Positions 28,558 through 37,831 are shown, counted from the stretch's first letter. The stretch is DNA of 63,816 nt from a virus (IMGVR_UViG_3300005253_000675:1-63816), one strand, 5' to 3'. Notes: a model not told the origin generated them from the letters alone. Numbers and translations: made by a program.

Positions 28558-28926
28558 CTATTTTGCGGAGCTCTCCGCGAAGCGGTGAAACCGGCCCCTC
28601 CGCCGCTTCCACTCGGCGACCTCCTGCTCCGACAGCCGGTCCATCGCCCGGTAGGCCAGCTCGATCGTCTCCGGTAGGCGGAACGTCATGTCCGGGGAGA
28701 AGGCCAGGCCCCTCACGTAGAGCTGCTTCCAGGTGCGCCAGGCCACCACGACGTCGTCGGCGTGAGACTTCGGCACCGGGTTTCCGCGGAGCGCCTCTCG
28801 CATCACCTGGTAGGGCACGTGACCACAGCGCAGCAGGCGCTGGGCGTTGGCGATCGTGCCGAACAGCGGTAGGACCTGGTCGCTGATGTCTTCGTCCACG
28901 GTGAGCTTCTCTTGGTGCTGACCCAT
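28558..28926 (-). CDS. Putative HTH-like regulator, paralogue of 22320-22673
   Basis: Shared motifs; first gene of the leftward arm. Confidence 0.7.
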   Translation of the reverse strand: MGQHQEKLTVDEDISDQVLPLFGTIANAQRLLRCGHVPYQVMREALRGNPVPKSHADDVVVAWRTWKQLYVRGLAFSPDMTFRLPETIELAYRAMDRLSEQEVAEWKRRRGRFHRFAESSAK

Positions 28927-28939
28927 GGGTCTCTCTCCT

Positions 28940-29130
28940 ATTACACGTGAGAATAAATTAATATAAAATATATACTTTTAATTCACTAGAACTACAGACT
29001 AGAGGCTAGAGGCAAGGGCGACAAGGTTTTAGGATAGGTAGATCAGGGGGACGAACCGAAGAAATAGTGCCCGGAGGAACTTACGAAAGTCGCTCGTGGT
29101 TGGGTATTCTTCTTTTTCGCTCGTGTAGTA
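28940..29130. promoter_or_regulatory. AT-rich divergent control region (promoters, or possible ori/packaging site)
   Basis: Nearly pure A/T at 28952-28983 between divergent arms. Confidence 0.6.
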
Positions 29131-29393
29131 GGTGGCGAGCCTTGAGGGTGGACGCTACCGTAAAGCGTTGATCGCCGAGGCCCTCGAGGAGAACCCATGG
29201 ACGTCCTGATCCCCCTGTCCGCCTTCCTGGCTGGGCTCGGCGTTCACCGTTGGAGAGAGCGTCTGCGGCGGGCTCGTGAGAGAGACGTCAGGGTCCGGGC
29301 GCGGGTGGACCTGGTGCTGCTCGACGCGGCGGCGCTCGCTGAACATCTCCAGGGTGACTAGGTGAGACGGGAGATCCGGGAGACGCGGCGCTG

Positions 29394-30191
29394 ATGCCCG
29401 GCCGCATCACCAAGGACCTCGTCAAGGCGAGGGGCGCACCCCCGGAGAAGGGCGGCGCCGCCTGGCGGAAGCTGGTGGCCCGGATCGTCAGGCACGTTCA
29501 CCAGAACCAGCCCATCTGCGGCGAGGCTGGCGGGAGGCGTCGGGACGGCTGGCCGTGCGAGAGCCGCTGGACCATGGCCAACGGGCTCTGCAAGATGCAC
29601 GGCGGAGCCGCCCGTCGAGGGGCCGAGCACCCCGCCTTCGTCCACGGCCGCGCCTCGCGCGTCTACGACGGTCTCCCCGCCCGGTTCAAGCAGGCCTATC
29701 TGGCCAGCATCCAGGACGACGACCTCCTGTCCCTGCGGTCGGAGCTGGCCATGGCCGACGTGCGCGCCGGGGAGCTGGTCGAGCGGCTCGACACCGGGGA
29801 GTCGGGCGAGCGGTGGCGGCGCCTGGGCCAGCTGGCCGAGGGGCTGGTGTCGGAGCTGGGGACGGACGACCCGTCCCCGGACGCGCTGCGAGGCAAGGCG
29901 GCCGAGATCTCGGCGCTGTCCGAGCGGGCGGCCGACGACGAGCGGGCGTGGCGCGAGCTGCGGTCCTCACACCAGCACCGGCGGAAGCTGGCCGACACGG
30001 AGCGGAAGCGTCTCAAGGACCTGCACGCGTACCTGACGGCCGAGGAGGCGCTGGCCATCATAGCCAGGCTCACGGACACCATCGTGCGGCACGTGGAGGA
30101 CAAGGCCGCGCTGACGGCTATCCTGCACGAGATCCAGGCGCTGACCGGCAACGACCCGGGCGATCAGCGGCGCTTGGCCCTGCTGTCGTGA
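29394..30191 (+). CDS. terS: Terminase small subunit-like (HGGxSTG-type Zn finger)
   Basis: C..C..NG.CKMHGG, HG..S, SLR.EL; upstream of TerL. Confidence 0.75.
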   Translation: MPGRITKDLVKARGAPPEKGGAAWRKLVARIVRHVHQNQPICGEAGGRRRDGWPCESRWTMANGLCKMHGGAARRGAEHPAFVHGRASRVYDGLPARFKQAYLASIQDDDLLSLRSELAMADVRAGELVERLDTGESGERWRRLGQLAEGLVSELGTDDPSPDALRGKAAEISALSERAADDERAWRELRSSHQHRRKLADTERKRLKDLHAYLTAEEALAIIARLTDTIVRHVEDKAALTAILHEIQALTGNDPGDQRRLALLS

Positions 30192-30361
30192 CGAGGGGCC
30201 CACGAGAGAAGGGGCGACGCCGGCGCGGCAAGCACCACCGACGACGACGTGAGCGGGAGGAGCGACGTGAGAGGCGGGTACGCCAGACGACGGGCCAAAC
30301 GTACCCCGCGGGAGTCCGAGCGATCGGAGCCTGGGGCGACGTGGCGAAGAAGGCTGACTGA
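30188..30361 (+). CDS. Arginine-rich peptide (57 aa)
   Basis: GTGA-coupled to terS; GRRRRGKHHRRRREREERRERR. Confidence 0.5.
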   Translation: MTRGPREKGRRRRGKHHRRRREREERRERRVRQTTGQTYPAGVRAIGAWGDVAKKAD

Positions 30362-30369
30362 GAGGTGGA

Positions 30370-30481
30370 GACTCCTGGGATGGCTGACCAGACTGTTGAG
30401 ACGATAGCCGACGCGGTGTCGAGCGGACCGCGCGACCCGGCGTTCTCCCTACTCGGTCGCCAGCACGTTAGCCCCAGGGTC
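30370..30481 (+). ncRNA. Candidate multi-stem structured RNA
   Basis: Closing stems CCTGGG/CCCAGG and GCTGAC/GTTAGC enclose three hairpins. Confidence 0.4.
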
Positions 30482-30486
30482 AGCGC

Positions 30487-30990
30487 GTGATCGTCTTTCA
30501 GGTGTGTGGGTACTGCAAGAGGCGTCAACCTGTCACCTTTGAGACTGACGGGATGGGTGGAGTCTTTGATCGTGGTCTGGACTATGATTGCGTTGATCGA
30601 CGGCGACGTGGGGTGTGCCTAGACTGCCCTCGCCCGGTGGAGGGGCCACGCTCCTTTCGTTGTCGCGTGTGTAAGACGGCCGTGAAGAAGAAGCGGTTGA
30701 GGTTGAGGCGGGAGGTGATCTTGGCTCGGCAGCGTATCTACTGGAAGAGACACCCGAGCTATAACACGAGGCGTCGCCCCGCGGCCCGCCGGTACAAGCA
30801 CGACTATGGGACCAAGTACGTCGGGGTCAACTGTAAGCCTCCCACGTGCCGATGCTGCGGTGACGACGTGCCGTTCTCCGGGCGGGGCCGACCGTTCCTG
30901 GAGTGCCCGCCGTGCCGCGCTAAGCTCAGGGCCAAACGTCTGGGTAACTGGGGCGGCCGGCGCGGGACCTACGTGACGGACCCAGCGTGA
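30487..30990 (+). CDS. Basic multi-CxxC Zn-finger protein, paralogue of 63187-63702
   Basis: FETDGMG, RRPAAR.YKHDY, GRGRP.LEC, WGGRRG shared. Confidence 0.8.
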   Translation: MIVFQVCGYCKRRQPVTFETDGMGGVFDRGLDYDCVDRRRRGVCLDCPRPVEGPRSFRCRVCKTAVKKKRLRLRREVILARQRIYWKRHPSYNTRRRPAARRYKHDYGTKYVGVNCKPPTCRCCGDDVPFSGRGRPFLECPPCRAKLRAKRLGNWGGRRGTYVTDPA

Positions 30991-32522
30991 CCCACCCCAT
31001 CGCCCTCCAGATGCTGGACCAGGTCGCGGCGCGGCTGGCTCAGGAGGTCGGGGAGGAGGCGCCCGAGACCCGGCGCACGTACGAGTGGGAGGACGACTGG
31101 GAGGCCTGGCTCGACCGCATGTTCCCCGCCGCCTTCGCCGACGACTTCGCGCCTCACCAGGCGGAGTTCTGGGCCTGGGTCTGGAAGCTGCGTCGGGGCG
31201 TGCTCCCGGAGGAGCCGTTCGTCGGCGTCTGGAGCCGGGGCGGCGGGAAGTCCTCCTCGGCCGAGGGGGCGACGGTGGCGGTCGGCGTCCGCGGGGTACG
31301 TGGGTACGGGCTCTACGTCCGCGCCACCCAGGACCTGGCGGACACCAGCGTGGGGAACGTGGCCGCGAAGCTGGAGTCGTCCACCGTGGAGCGCTACTAC
31401 CCGGCCCATGCCCGGCGGCTGCTGTCCAAGTTCGGCAGCTCCCGGGGCTGGCGGCGGAACCGGATCCGGACGGCGGGCGGCTTCACCCTCGACGCGCTGG
31501 GCCTGGACGTGGCCGCGCGTGGCGTGAAGATGGAGGACCAGCGCCCGGACTTCATCATCTTCGACGACCTGGACGAGCTGCACGACTCGCCCCACGCGAC
31601 CAAGAAGAAGATCGACACCTTGACGAAGTCGCTGCTGCCAGCCGGCTCCAAGGACGTGGCGGTGATGGGCATCCAGAACCTGATCATCCCCCACGGCGTC
31701 TTCAGCCAGCTGGCCGACGGGCGCGCCCCGTTCCTGGTCAAGCGCCGGGTCAGCGGGCCGCACCCCGCGATCCGGGGGATGAAGACCAAGGTGAAGACGG
31801 TCAAGGGCAAGCGGATGGCGGTCATCACCGGCGGCACGCCGGTGTGGGGCGGCCAGGACCTGAAGGCCTGCCAGGACCTCATGGACCTCATCGGGCTGCC
31901 CGCGTTCCAGCAGGAGTGCCAGCACCAGGTGACCGAGCGCGAGGGCACGCTGTGGACGAAGGACATGATCAAGTACGTTGATCAGGTGCCCGAGCTGAAG
32001 CGGGCCGCGGTGGCCTGCGACCCCTCGGGCGGCGCGACCGAGATCGGGATCGTGGCGGCCGGCGAGGGCTACGACGGCAAGGCCTACGTGTTCGCGGACG
32101 AGACCCAGCCCGGCGCGCTGGGCTCGCTCAACTGGGGCAACGCGCTGATCGACGTGTACGACGAGTGGGAGCTGGACAAGATCCTGGGGGAGCGGAACTA
32201 CGGCGGCGACATGGTGGAGGGGAACATCAAGGCGGCCGCCGGGCTGAGGCGCGTCCCCTTCGAGTACGTGATCGCCTCCAGGGGCAAGACGCTCCGGGCC
32301 GAGCCCGTCTCCACGTTGTACGAGAACGGCGAGGTGCTGCACGTTGGAACCCACCCGGAGCTGGAGATCGAGATGACGGGCTGGGTGCAGGGCGACCCGT
32401 GGTCGCCGAACCGGCTGGACGCGCTGGTCCACGTCCTGACCTGGCTGATGCTGGGCAAGCGGAAGAAGGGCATGCGGTGGGGCTCACAGGCGAAGAAGAA
32501 AGCGAGGAGGGTGGCGGCATGA
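30987..32522 (+). CDS. terL: Terminase large subunit
   Basis: SRGGGKSS, FIIFDD, VACDPS, ERNYGG, K..RAEP, SPNRLDA. Confidence 0.95.
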   Translation: MTHPIALQMLDQVAARLAQEVGEEAPETRRTYEWEDDWEAWLDRMFPAAFADDFAPHQAEFWAWVWKLRRGVLPEEPFVGVWSRGGGKSSSAEGATVAVGVRGVRGYGLYVRATQDLADTSVGNVAAKLESSTVERYYPAHARRLLSKFGSSRGWRRNRIRTAGGFTLDALGLDVAARGVKMEDQRPDFIIFDDLDELHDSPHATKKKIDTLTKSLLPAGSKDVAVMGIQNLIIPHGVFSQLADGRAPFLVKRRVSGPHPAIRGMKTKVKTVKGKRMAVITGGTPVWGGQDLKACQDLMDLIGLPAFQQECQHQVTEREGTLWTKDMIKYVDQVPELKRAAVACDPSGGATEIGIVAAGEGYDGKAYVFADETQPGALGSLNWGNALIDVYDEWELDKILGERNYGGDMVEGNIKAAAGLRRVPFEYVIASRGKTLRAEPVSTLYENGEVLHVGTHPELEIEMTGWVQGDPWSPNRLDALVHVLTWLMLGKRKKGMRWGSQAKKKARRVAA

Positions 32523-32647
32523 CCGGAGCGACGTTCCGGGGGTGGGCACGCCGACGGAGGTGACGGTGCCGCTCACCCTGGGCACGGACACGGTCCACGG
32601 CGGCGGCCTGATCACGGGAGAGCTACAGAAACTAGAGGAGGGGTGAC

Positions 32648-34084
32648 ATGGCGGCGGAGAACGTAGGCAAGGCGTGGCGGCTGCTGGGGTCGCTGTTCAG
32701 CCGGGGCGGCGACTTCGCCCGGCGGATGGGGAAGACCTTCGGCGGGCTGCGTGACCTGTGGCCCACGCTGGGCTACCGAGACGACCCCGACGTTGAGACG
32801 TACCTGGACTTCTACGGGCGAGGCGACATCGCCTCCCAGATCGTGGACCTGCCGCCGGACACGTGCTGGCGCTTCCCCCCGGAGCTGCGTCTCGAGGGCG
32901 ACGAGGAGCAGACCGAGGGCAAGACGTTCCTCGACGAGGTCGACGAGCTGGACGACCGCATCGGGCTCTGGGCGAAGATGGCCCAGGTCGATCGGCTGTC
33001 GGGGATCGGGCGGTACGGGCTGCTCCTGATCGGGGCGCGGGGCACCGACGGCACGGAGACGCTGGCCGAGCCCCTCGACCGGTTGGACAGCCTCAAGGAC
33101 GTAATGTTCCTGAAGGCGTTCCACGAGGGGCTGACCAGCGTCAACAAGTGGGTGGTGGACGAGATGGACCCGCGGTTCGGCCTGCCCGAGAGCTACAACG
33201 TGGACTTCAGCACGGGGAGCGACGCCGGCCGGACCGGTCGCTCCGGCAGCTCCCGGACGCTGGTGGTCCACTGGACGCGGGTCATCCACGTGGCGGAGAA
33301 CCTGGTGGACGACGAGACGTTCGGCATCCCTAGGCTGGAGCGCGTGGTCAACAAGCTCGACGACCTAAACAAGCTCATCGGCTCAGCGGCCGAGATCTTC
33401 TGGGTGGCGGTGGCCGGCGTGCTCCACGCGGACATCGACCCGGACGTCGACGTGGACCCCGAGGACCAGGCGGCCTTCGAGACGGACCTGATCGAGGCGA
33501 TGCAGGGCATGCGGCGCGTGGTCCAGACCCGCGGCGTCGAGCTGAGCCGGATCGCCCACTCCGGGAGCGTCGACCCGCAGCCCACGTACGAGGCGATCGT
33601 CCAGCTGATCAGCGCCACGGCGCGCATCCCCGAGCGGGTGCTGTTCGGGTCGGAGCGGGGCGAGCTGGCGAGCTCCCAGGATCAGCGGCAGTGGCACGCG
33701 ACCATCAACGCCCGGCAGAACAACCACGTGGTGCCCGTCATCATCCGGGCGTTCTTCAACCGCATGGAGATGCTGGGCGTGAAGGTGCCCGACTACAAGG
33801 TGTTCTGGCAGCCGCTCGACTCGCCCACCGAGCTGGAGCTGGCCGAGATCGCCAAGCTCAAGGCCGAGGCCGCGGTGGCCCTGGCGCCGGGCCAGCAGGC
33901 CGACTTGCTGATCAAGCCCTGGGAGGCGCGGGAGATGCTCGGCCTGACGCCGGTGCCCGAGGACCCGCCCGAGGGCGCCGAGGAGGCGTTCTTTGAGCCG
34001 GTCGACGACACCCTCGTGATCGAGGAGCCGACGCCGCCCCTGGAGCTGCCGCCGGCGCCACCCGTTGAGGAGGAGGTTGCGTAA
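32648..34084 (+). CDS. Portal protein (DUF1073-type)
   Basis: RFGLPESY, VHWTRVIH, IP.RVLFGSERGELAS.QD; follows TerL. Confidence 0.9.
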   Translation: MAAENVGKAWRLLGSLFSRGGDFARRMGKTFGGLRDLWPTLGYRDDPDVETYLDFYGRGDIASQIVDLPPDTCWRFPPELRLEGDEEQTEGKTFLDEVDELDDRIGLWAKMAQVDRLSGIGRYGLLLIGARGTDGTETLAEPLDRLDSLKDVMFLKAFHEGLTSVNKWVVDEMDPRFGLPESYNVDFSTGSDAGRTGRSGSSRTLVVHWTRVIHVAENLVDDETFGIPRLERVVNKLDDLNKLIGSAAEIFWVAVAGVLHADIDPDVDVDPEDQAAFETDLIEAMQGMRRVVQTRGVELSRIAHSGSVDPQPTYEAIVQLISATARIPERVLFGSERGELASSQDQRQWHATINARQNNHVVPVIIRAFFNRMEMLGVKVPDYKVFWQPLDSPTELELAEIAKLKAEAAVALAPGQQADLLIKPWEAREMLGLTPVPEDPPEGAEEAFFEPVDDTLVIEEPTPPLELPPAPPVEEEVA

Positions 34085-34257
34085 TGAGCACCAAGTGGCT
34101 GGACAACGTCACCTGGCCGAAGGCCGCGCTGTTCGGCGGCGTGGGCGTGGTGATCTTGCTCATCGTACATCCCCCGACGGCTGAGAGGATCCTCCTGGCG
34201 ATCATGGACCTGGCTCGGATCCTCGCCAACGCCGTCGGCACCCTAGGGGGAGGTTGA
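34084..34257 (+). CDS. Small membrane protein (57 aa)
   Basis: TAATG coupling, GGAGG RBS, hydrophobic helix. Confidence 0.6.
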   Translation: MSTKWLDNVTWPKAALFGGVGVVILLIVHPPTAERILLAIMDLARILANAVGTLGGG

Positions 34258-34258
34258 T

Positions 34259-34654
34259 ATGAACCCGCGTAATTACGTCGTAATCGCGGCGCTCCTGCTC
34301 GCCGCCCCGCTCGCCGCTCAGCAGACCCAGACCACCGTGGTCCCCGACGTGGAGGTCACCGTCAACGGGGACACGATCGTGGTGAACGTGGAGGTGCTGT
34401 CCGACAGCGTCCGCCTCGCCCGGATCGCCGAGGCCGTCGAGGCGATCGCCGCGGCCGTCGCCGAGTGCGGCTGCCAGCAGCCCGCCGGCTCCTCCACGGT
34501 GGTTCGGGTTGGGCAGGGCCTGCTGGTCGTCGCCGCGTTCCTGGGCGTCCTCCAGCTGAAGCGGATCGCGGACCGGGAGCCGGACGTCCACAACGACGTG
34601 ACCGTGCCGCCTCACGGGCACCCCAAGCACGACCACGGAGAGAGCCCAGGATGA
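34259..34654 (+). CDS. Signal-peptide + TM protein
   Basis: MNPRNYVVIAALLLAAPLAA; second hydrophobic segment. Confidence 0.65.
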   Translation: MNPRNYVVIAALLLAAPLAAQQTQTTVVPDVEVTVNGDTIVVNVEVLSDSVRLARIAEAVEAIAAAVAECGCQQPAGSSTVVRVGQGLLVVAAFLGVLQLKRIADREPDVHNDVTVPPHGHPKHDHGESPG

Positions 34655-34965
34655 CCGTGACCCTAGAGTCCATCGCCGCGGCCACCATCCCGTCGGGCAA
34701 GCTCCTCGCCTGGATCGCGGCGACCGGCGCCGCGCTGTTCATGGCCGGCGTCGGGGCGACCCTGCAGTTCGGCTCGACGGCCGAGAACATCGAGGCCATC
34801 CCCGCCATGCAGGCCGACATCGCGGCCCGCCAGACCTCGCTGGATCAGCTGCTGGACTCCGTGGCCGTCGCCAGCGAGGCCCGGGCGCAGATCCTCTGCG
34901 TGGTGGTCATCGCGGTGGGCGGTGAGGTCCTGACCGCGCCCGAAGTCATCCGGAGGTGTCCGTGA
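34651..34965 (+). CDS. TM + coiled-coil protein
   Basis: LLAWIAATGAALFMAGVGA; ATGA coupling. Confidence 0.6.
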   Translation: MTVTLESIAAATIPSGKLLAWIAATGAALFMAGVGATLQFGSTAENIEAIPAMQADIAARQTSLDQLLDSVAVASEARAQILCVVVIAVGGEVLTAPEVIRRCP

Positions 34966-35207
34966 CCCAGGTGGTCCCCCTGACCCGGAACGTGGACCTC
35001 GACGACTGGCCCGCGGGGCAGTACCGGCGGACCAGGGTTCAGCTGCCGCCGGGCTTCTTGGCCGTGATCACCTGCCCGGCCTGCGGGGAGCGCGGCTCAC
35101 TGCACGACAGCCACGACGTCCACGCTGACGGGACGGTTCAGCCCAGCGTCGTCTGCCCGTGCGGGTTCCACGCGTACATCACCCTGGAGGGATACGCCGA
35201 TGCCTGA
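34956..35207 (+). CDS. Small Cys/His protein
   Basis: CPAC..H..DGTV.PS.VCPCG.H. Confidence 0.65.
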   Translation: MSVTQVVPLTRNVDLDDWPAGQYRRTRVQLPPGFLAVITCPACGERGSLHDSHDVHADGTVQPSVVCPCGFHAYITLEGYADA

Positions 35208-35556
35208 CCGCCTGGTCATCGACCCGACCGCCGAGAACACCTTCTTCCGGTGCCACGCGGTGATCATGGCCATGGACGTGCGGACCGTGCGTGACCAGCT
35301 CCTGAAGCTGGGCCGCTGGCCGGCGGACCGGGCGGTCCTGCGCGTGCTCGACTGGGAGGAGGCGGTGACCCGGCTCAAGAGCGACGCCGACTCCATGCTC
35401 GCGCTGACCCGGATGGTGGTGGCGATCGAGGACCCGGCTGGGCGGCTGTACCTGGTCCGCACGCCCGACCTCGTCTCCGGCGTGCCCGACGTCCACCGAC
35501 ACGTCCGCGAGGAGCAGGTGCGGCGGGCCCGCGACGAGGTGGGGCTCAAGGCGTGA
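35200..35556 (+). CDS. Hypothetical protein
   Basis: Coupled ORF with RBS. Confidence 0.6.
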   Translation: MPDRLVIDPTAENTFFRCHAVIMAMDVRTVRDQLLKLGRWPADRAVLRVLDWEEAVTRLKSDADSMLALTRMVVAIEDPAGRLYLVRTPDLVSGVPDVHRHVREEQVRRARDEVGLKA

Positions 35557-36629
35557 GCACCGCGATCCGGCGGAACGTCCTGCCCAGCCGGCGACGGGAC
35601 GAGACCAAGGCGGAGTTCATCGACCGGTGTATGGGCCACCCCGAGGCGGTTAGGGAGTTCCCGCGGCCCGACCAGCGACGCGCGGTCTGCGAGACCCGGT
35701 CGGCGCCGCCCCGGGCCCGCCTCGCCCGGCGGCGTTACCGACGGCACCTCCAGACGGTCCGGCCGCCGAGGGGCGACCCGTCGCGCACCTCTCGGATCGT
35801 GCGGCGGTACCAGGCCGACCTGGCCCGGCGGTGGCGGGAGGTGAACCGCGTCCTGCGTCAGCTCATCGTGACGGACGACGTCCTCGGGCTGGGCACGCCG
35901 CCCCGGGCGTTCCTGCAGATCGATCTGCCGGGCCGGTTTGACTTCCCCGCTGACGTGCCCGGCAAGGCCGCCGCGTTCGACCGGTTCATGCGGGCGCTCC
36001 TCGACGCCGAGGTCCTGGAGCTGTCGCCGATCAGCGGGACCGGGAGCGGCTGGCAGAACAAGTACGTCCGGGCGTCGTACTCGGTCGGCGTCCAGCACGC
36101 GGACGCCTCGCTGCGGGCGGCGGGGGTCGAGCCGCCGCCGGGCGCGCTGGCCCAGACCCTCAACCAGCCGATCCACGCGGAGAAGCTCCAGCTCCTCTTC
36201 AGCCGGAACTTCAACGAGCTGCGGGGCGTGACGAACGCGCAGGCCCAGAGCCTCAGCCGGATCGTCACCGAGGGGCTGGCCACGGGACAGTCGCCGCGGG
36301 TGGTGGCCACCGAGATCAGCCGGTCCATCAGCTCGATCGGCGTGGTCCGCGGCCGGGTGATCGCCCGGACCGAGACCATCCGGGCCCACGCCACGGCGAC
36401 CCTGGCCCGGTTCGAGCAGAGTGGGATCGAGACGGTCGAGGGCTTCGCGGAGTTCGTGACGGCCGGCGACGACCGGGTCTGCCAGACGTGCCAGGACCTG
36501 GAGGGCCGGCGCTTCCCGCTGGACGAGGCGGCCGGCGTCATCCCCGTCCACGCCAACTGCCGGTGCGTGTGGCTGCCGGTACCCGACCCCCGCGAGCCGT
36601 CCTTCCGGACGCCCGAGTTCTTCGGGTGA
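35553..36629 (+). CDS. Head morphogenesis protein (Mu gpF/SPP1 gp7)
   Basis: IARTET, D.RVC..C, IPVHANCRC. Confidence 0.92.
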   Translation: MSTAIRRNVLPSRRRDETKAEFIDRCMGHPEAVREFPRPDQRRAVCETRSAPPRARLARRRYRRHLQTVRPPRGDPSRTSRIVRRYQADLARRWREVNRVLRQLIVTDDVLGLGTPPRAFLQIDLPGRFDFPADVPGKAAAFDRFMRALLDAEVLELSPISGTGSGWQNKYVRASYSVGVQHADASLRAAGVEPPPGALAQTLNQPIHAEKLQLLFSRNFNELRGVTNAQAQSLSRIVTEGLATGQSPRVVATEISRSISSIGVVRGRVIARTETIRAHATATLARFEQSGIETVEGFAEFVTAGDDRVCQTCQDLEGRRFPLDEAAGVIPVHANCRCVWLPVPDPREPSFRTPEFFG

Positions 36630-36877
36630 GCGTCGCCGAGGCGACGGAGCGCTGCCACTGCGCCGAGCAGGCGCTGGGCCGGGTGGAGCACCCGGAGCGC
36701 ACGTGCCCCGTCCACGGCCGCGTGTGGGCGCAGAACGAGCAGGTGCTGGCCTACGTCCAGGGCCGGCTGGGCGACCATACCAGCGCGGGTCAGTGCATCC
36801 TTCACATCGGCCCGGGCGGCGAGATCCGGCGGCTGGAGTGGCGGGCCGTCGAGAAGGTCGAGGACCTCCTGGAGTGA
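36626..36877 (+). CDS. Hypothetical protein
   Basis: GTGA coupling. Confidence 0.5.
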   Translation: MSVAEATERCHCAEQALGRVEHPERTCPVHGRVWAQNEQVLAYVQGRLGDHTSAGQCILHIGPGGEIRRLEWRAVEKVEDLLE

Positions 36878-36924
36878 CGTGGCGGGACAATCGTGATCTC
36901 GCCACCAAACCCAGGGAGGGTAAC

Positions 36925-37152
36925 ATGTCGTTGAAGCTCGGAGAGACCGTGAGATACGTGGACGCCAGGGGGCGTGAGCGTCCGGCGCTGGTGACCGCGA
37001 TCCACGGGTCGGTGGAGAACGACCCCTCGATCAACCTCGTGATCGTCTCAGACGACGAGGAGAGGCACGACGCCTACGGGCGTCAGATCGAGCGGGAGAC
37101 GTCGGTCGTACACGAGTCTGACCAGGGCGCCGACGGGAACTTCTGGAGGTAG
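36925..37152 (+). CDS. Conserved small phage protein
   Basis: GGAGG RBS; ALVTA..INL..D.YGRQ.ERETSV.H. Confidence 0.7.
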   Translation: MSLKLGETVRYVDARGRERPALVTAIHGSVENDPSINLVIVSDDEERHDAYGRQIERETSVVHESDQGADGNFWR

Positions 37153-37197
37153 CGGCGAGACCGCCTGGAACCTCTGACGGGGAACCTCTCACGGCGG

Positions 37198-37226
37198 TGT
37201 ACTTATATCTCCAGAGGTGTTATCTT
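37198..37226 (+). promoter_or_regulatory. Cassette-type promoter, copy 2 (moron)
   Basis: TGTACT-N17(..CCAGAGGTGT)-TATCTT + CCAGACAGGAGACAG leader. Confidence 0.75.
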
Positions 37227-37270
37227 TTAACATGAGACAGACGACAGCCCACCAGACAGGAGACAGCGAG

Positions 37271-37444
37271 ATGACCGAGATCCAGAGAGCCGTGCTCGCC
37301 CAGATGCCCGGCGCCGTCTACGTGACGCTGAACAATCGCGGATGGGTGTTCCCCATCGACGTGCGGAACGACCCCGATCTCGCGACGTGGATTCTGGGGA
37401 CGTGGCTGGCAGACGCGTGGATCGCCGACCGGGAGGTGGCCTGA
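37271..37444 (+). CDS. Moron gene 1
   Basis: ATG after the leader RBS. Confidence 0.6.
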   Translation: MTEIQRAVLAQMPGAVYVTLNNRGWVFPIDVRNDPDLATWILGTWLADAWIADREVA

Positions 37445-37445
37445 G

Positions 37446-37652
37446 ATGGTGACTACCGGCACGGTGCGATATGATCTCCTGGTTCACGCCGCGAACATTA
37501 TCAATCGGCGTGGTATGAAGGCGCTATGGGCGAACAGCGAGATCATAGCCTCCGGCGACCCTGAGGATCTTCCGTGTAGCGTAGAACCGTGGAGGGAGGT
37601 CTCTGAAAATGAGGCGTGGACCTTCGTTCCAACGGAAGAGGCCCACGCGTAG
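37446..37652 (+). CDS. Moron gene 2
   Basis: GGAGGT RBS; lower GC. Confidence 0.5.
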   Translation: MVTTGTVRYDLLVHAANIINRRGMKALWANSEIIASGDPEDLPCSVEPWREVSENEAWTFVPTEEAHA

Positions 37653-37734
37653 CGCGGATGATAGAGGCCGCCGGCTTCTCGTAAGAGGAGGCTTGAGACG
37701 AGGGCCCCGTCGGCGTTGTCACCCTCTCCCCCTG

Positions 37735-37763
37735 TTTACATCCCGACGGGGGGAGGTTACCTA
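37735..37763 (+). promoter_or_regulatory. Putative promoter for head genes
   Basis: TTTACA-N17-TACCTA. Confidence 0.45.
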
Positions 37764-37831
37764 TCCAACGGCGAGACACCCCCACCCGGAACCTCGTTCT
37801 CTGAAGCACGTCATCAGGAGACGAGGGTTCC

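Noticed and set aside
30370-30481. tRNA or group I intron
   Set aside because: No TTC T-loop or CCA end and no intron core recognised; terS and terL both look intact
32648-34084. Anti-CBASS (Acb1) label sometimes attached to DUF1073 proteins
   Set aside because: Size and synteny fit a portal; no 2H phosphodiesterase HxT pair was recognised
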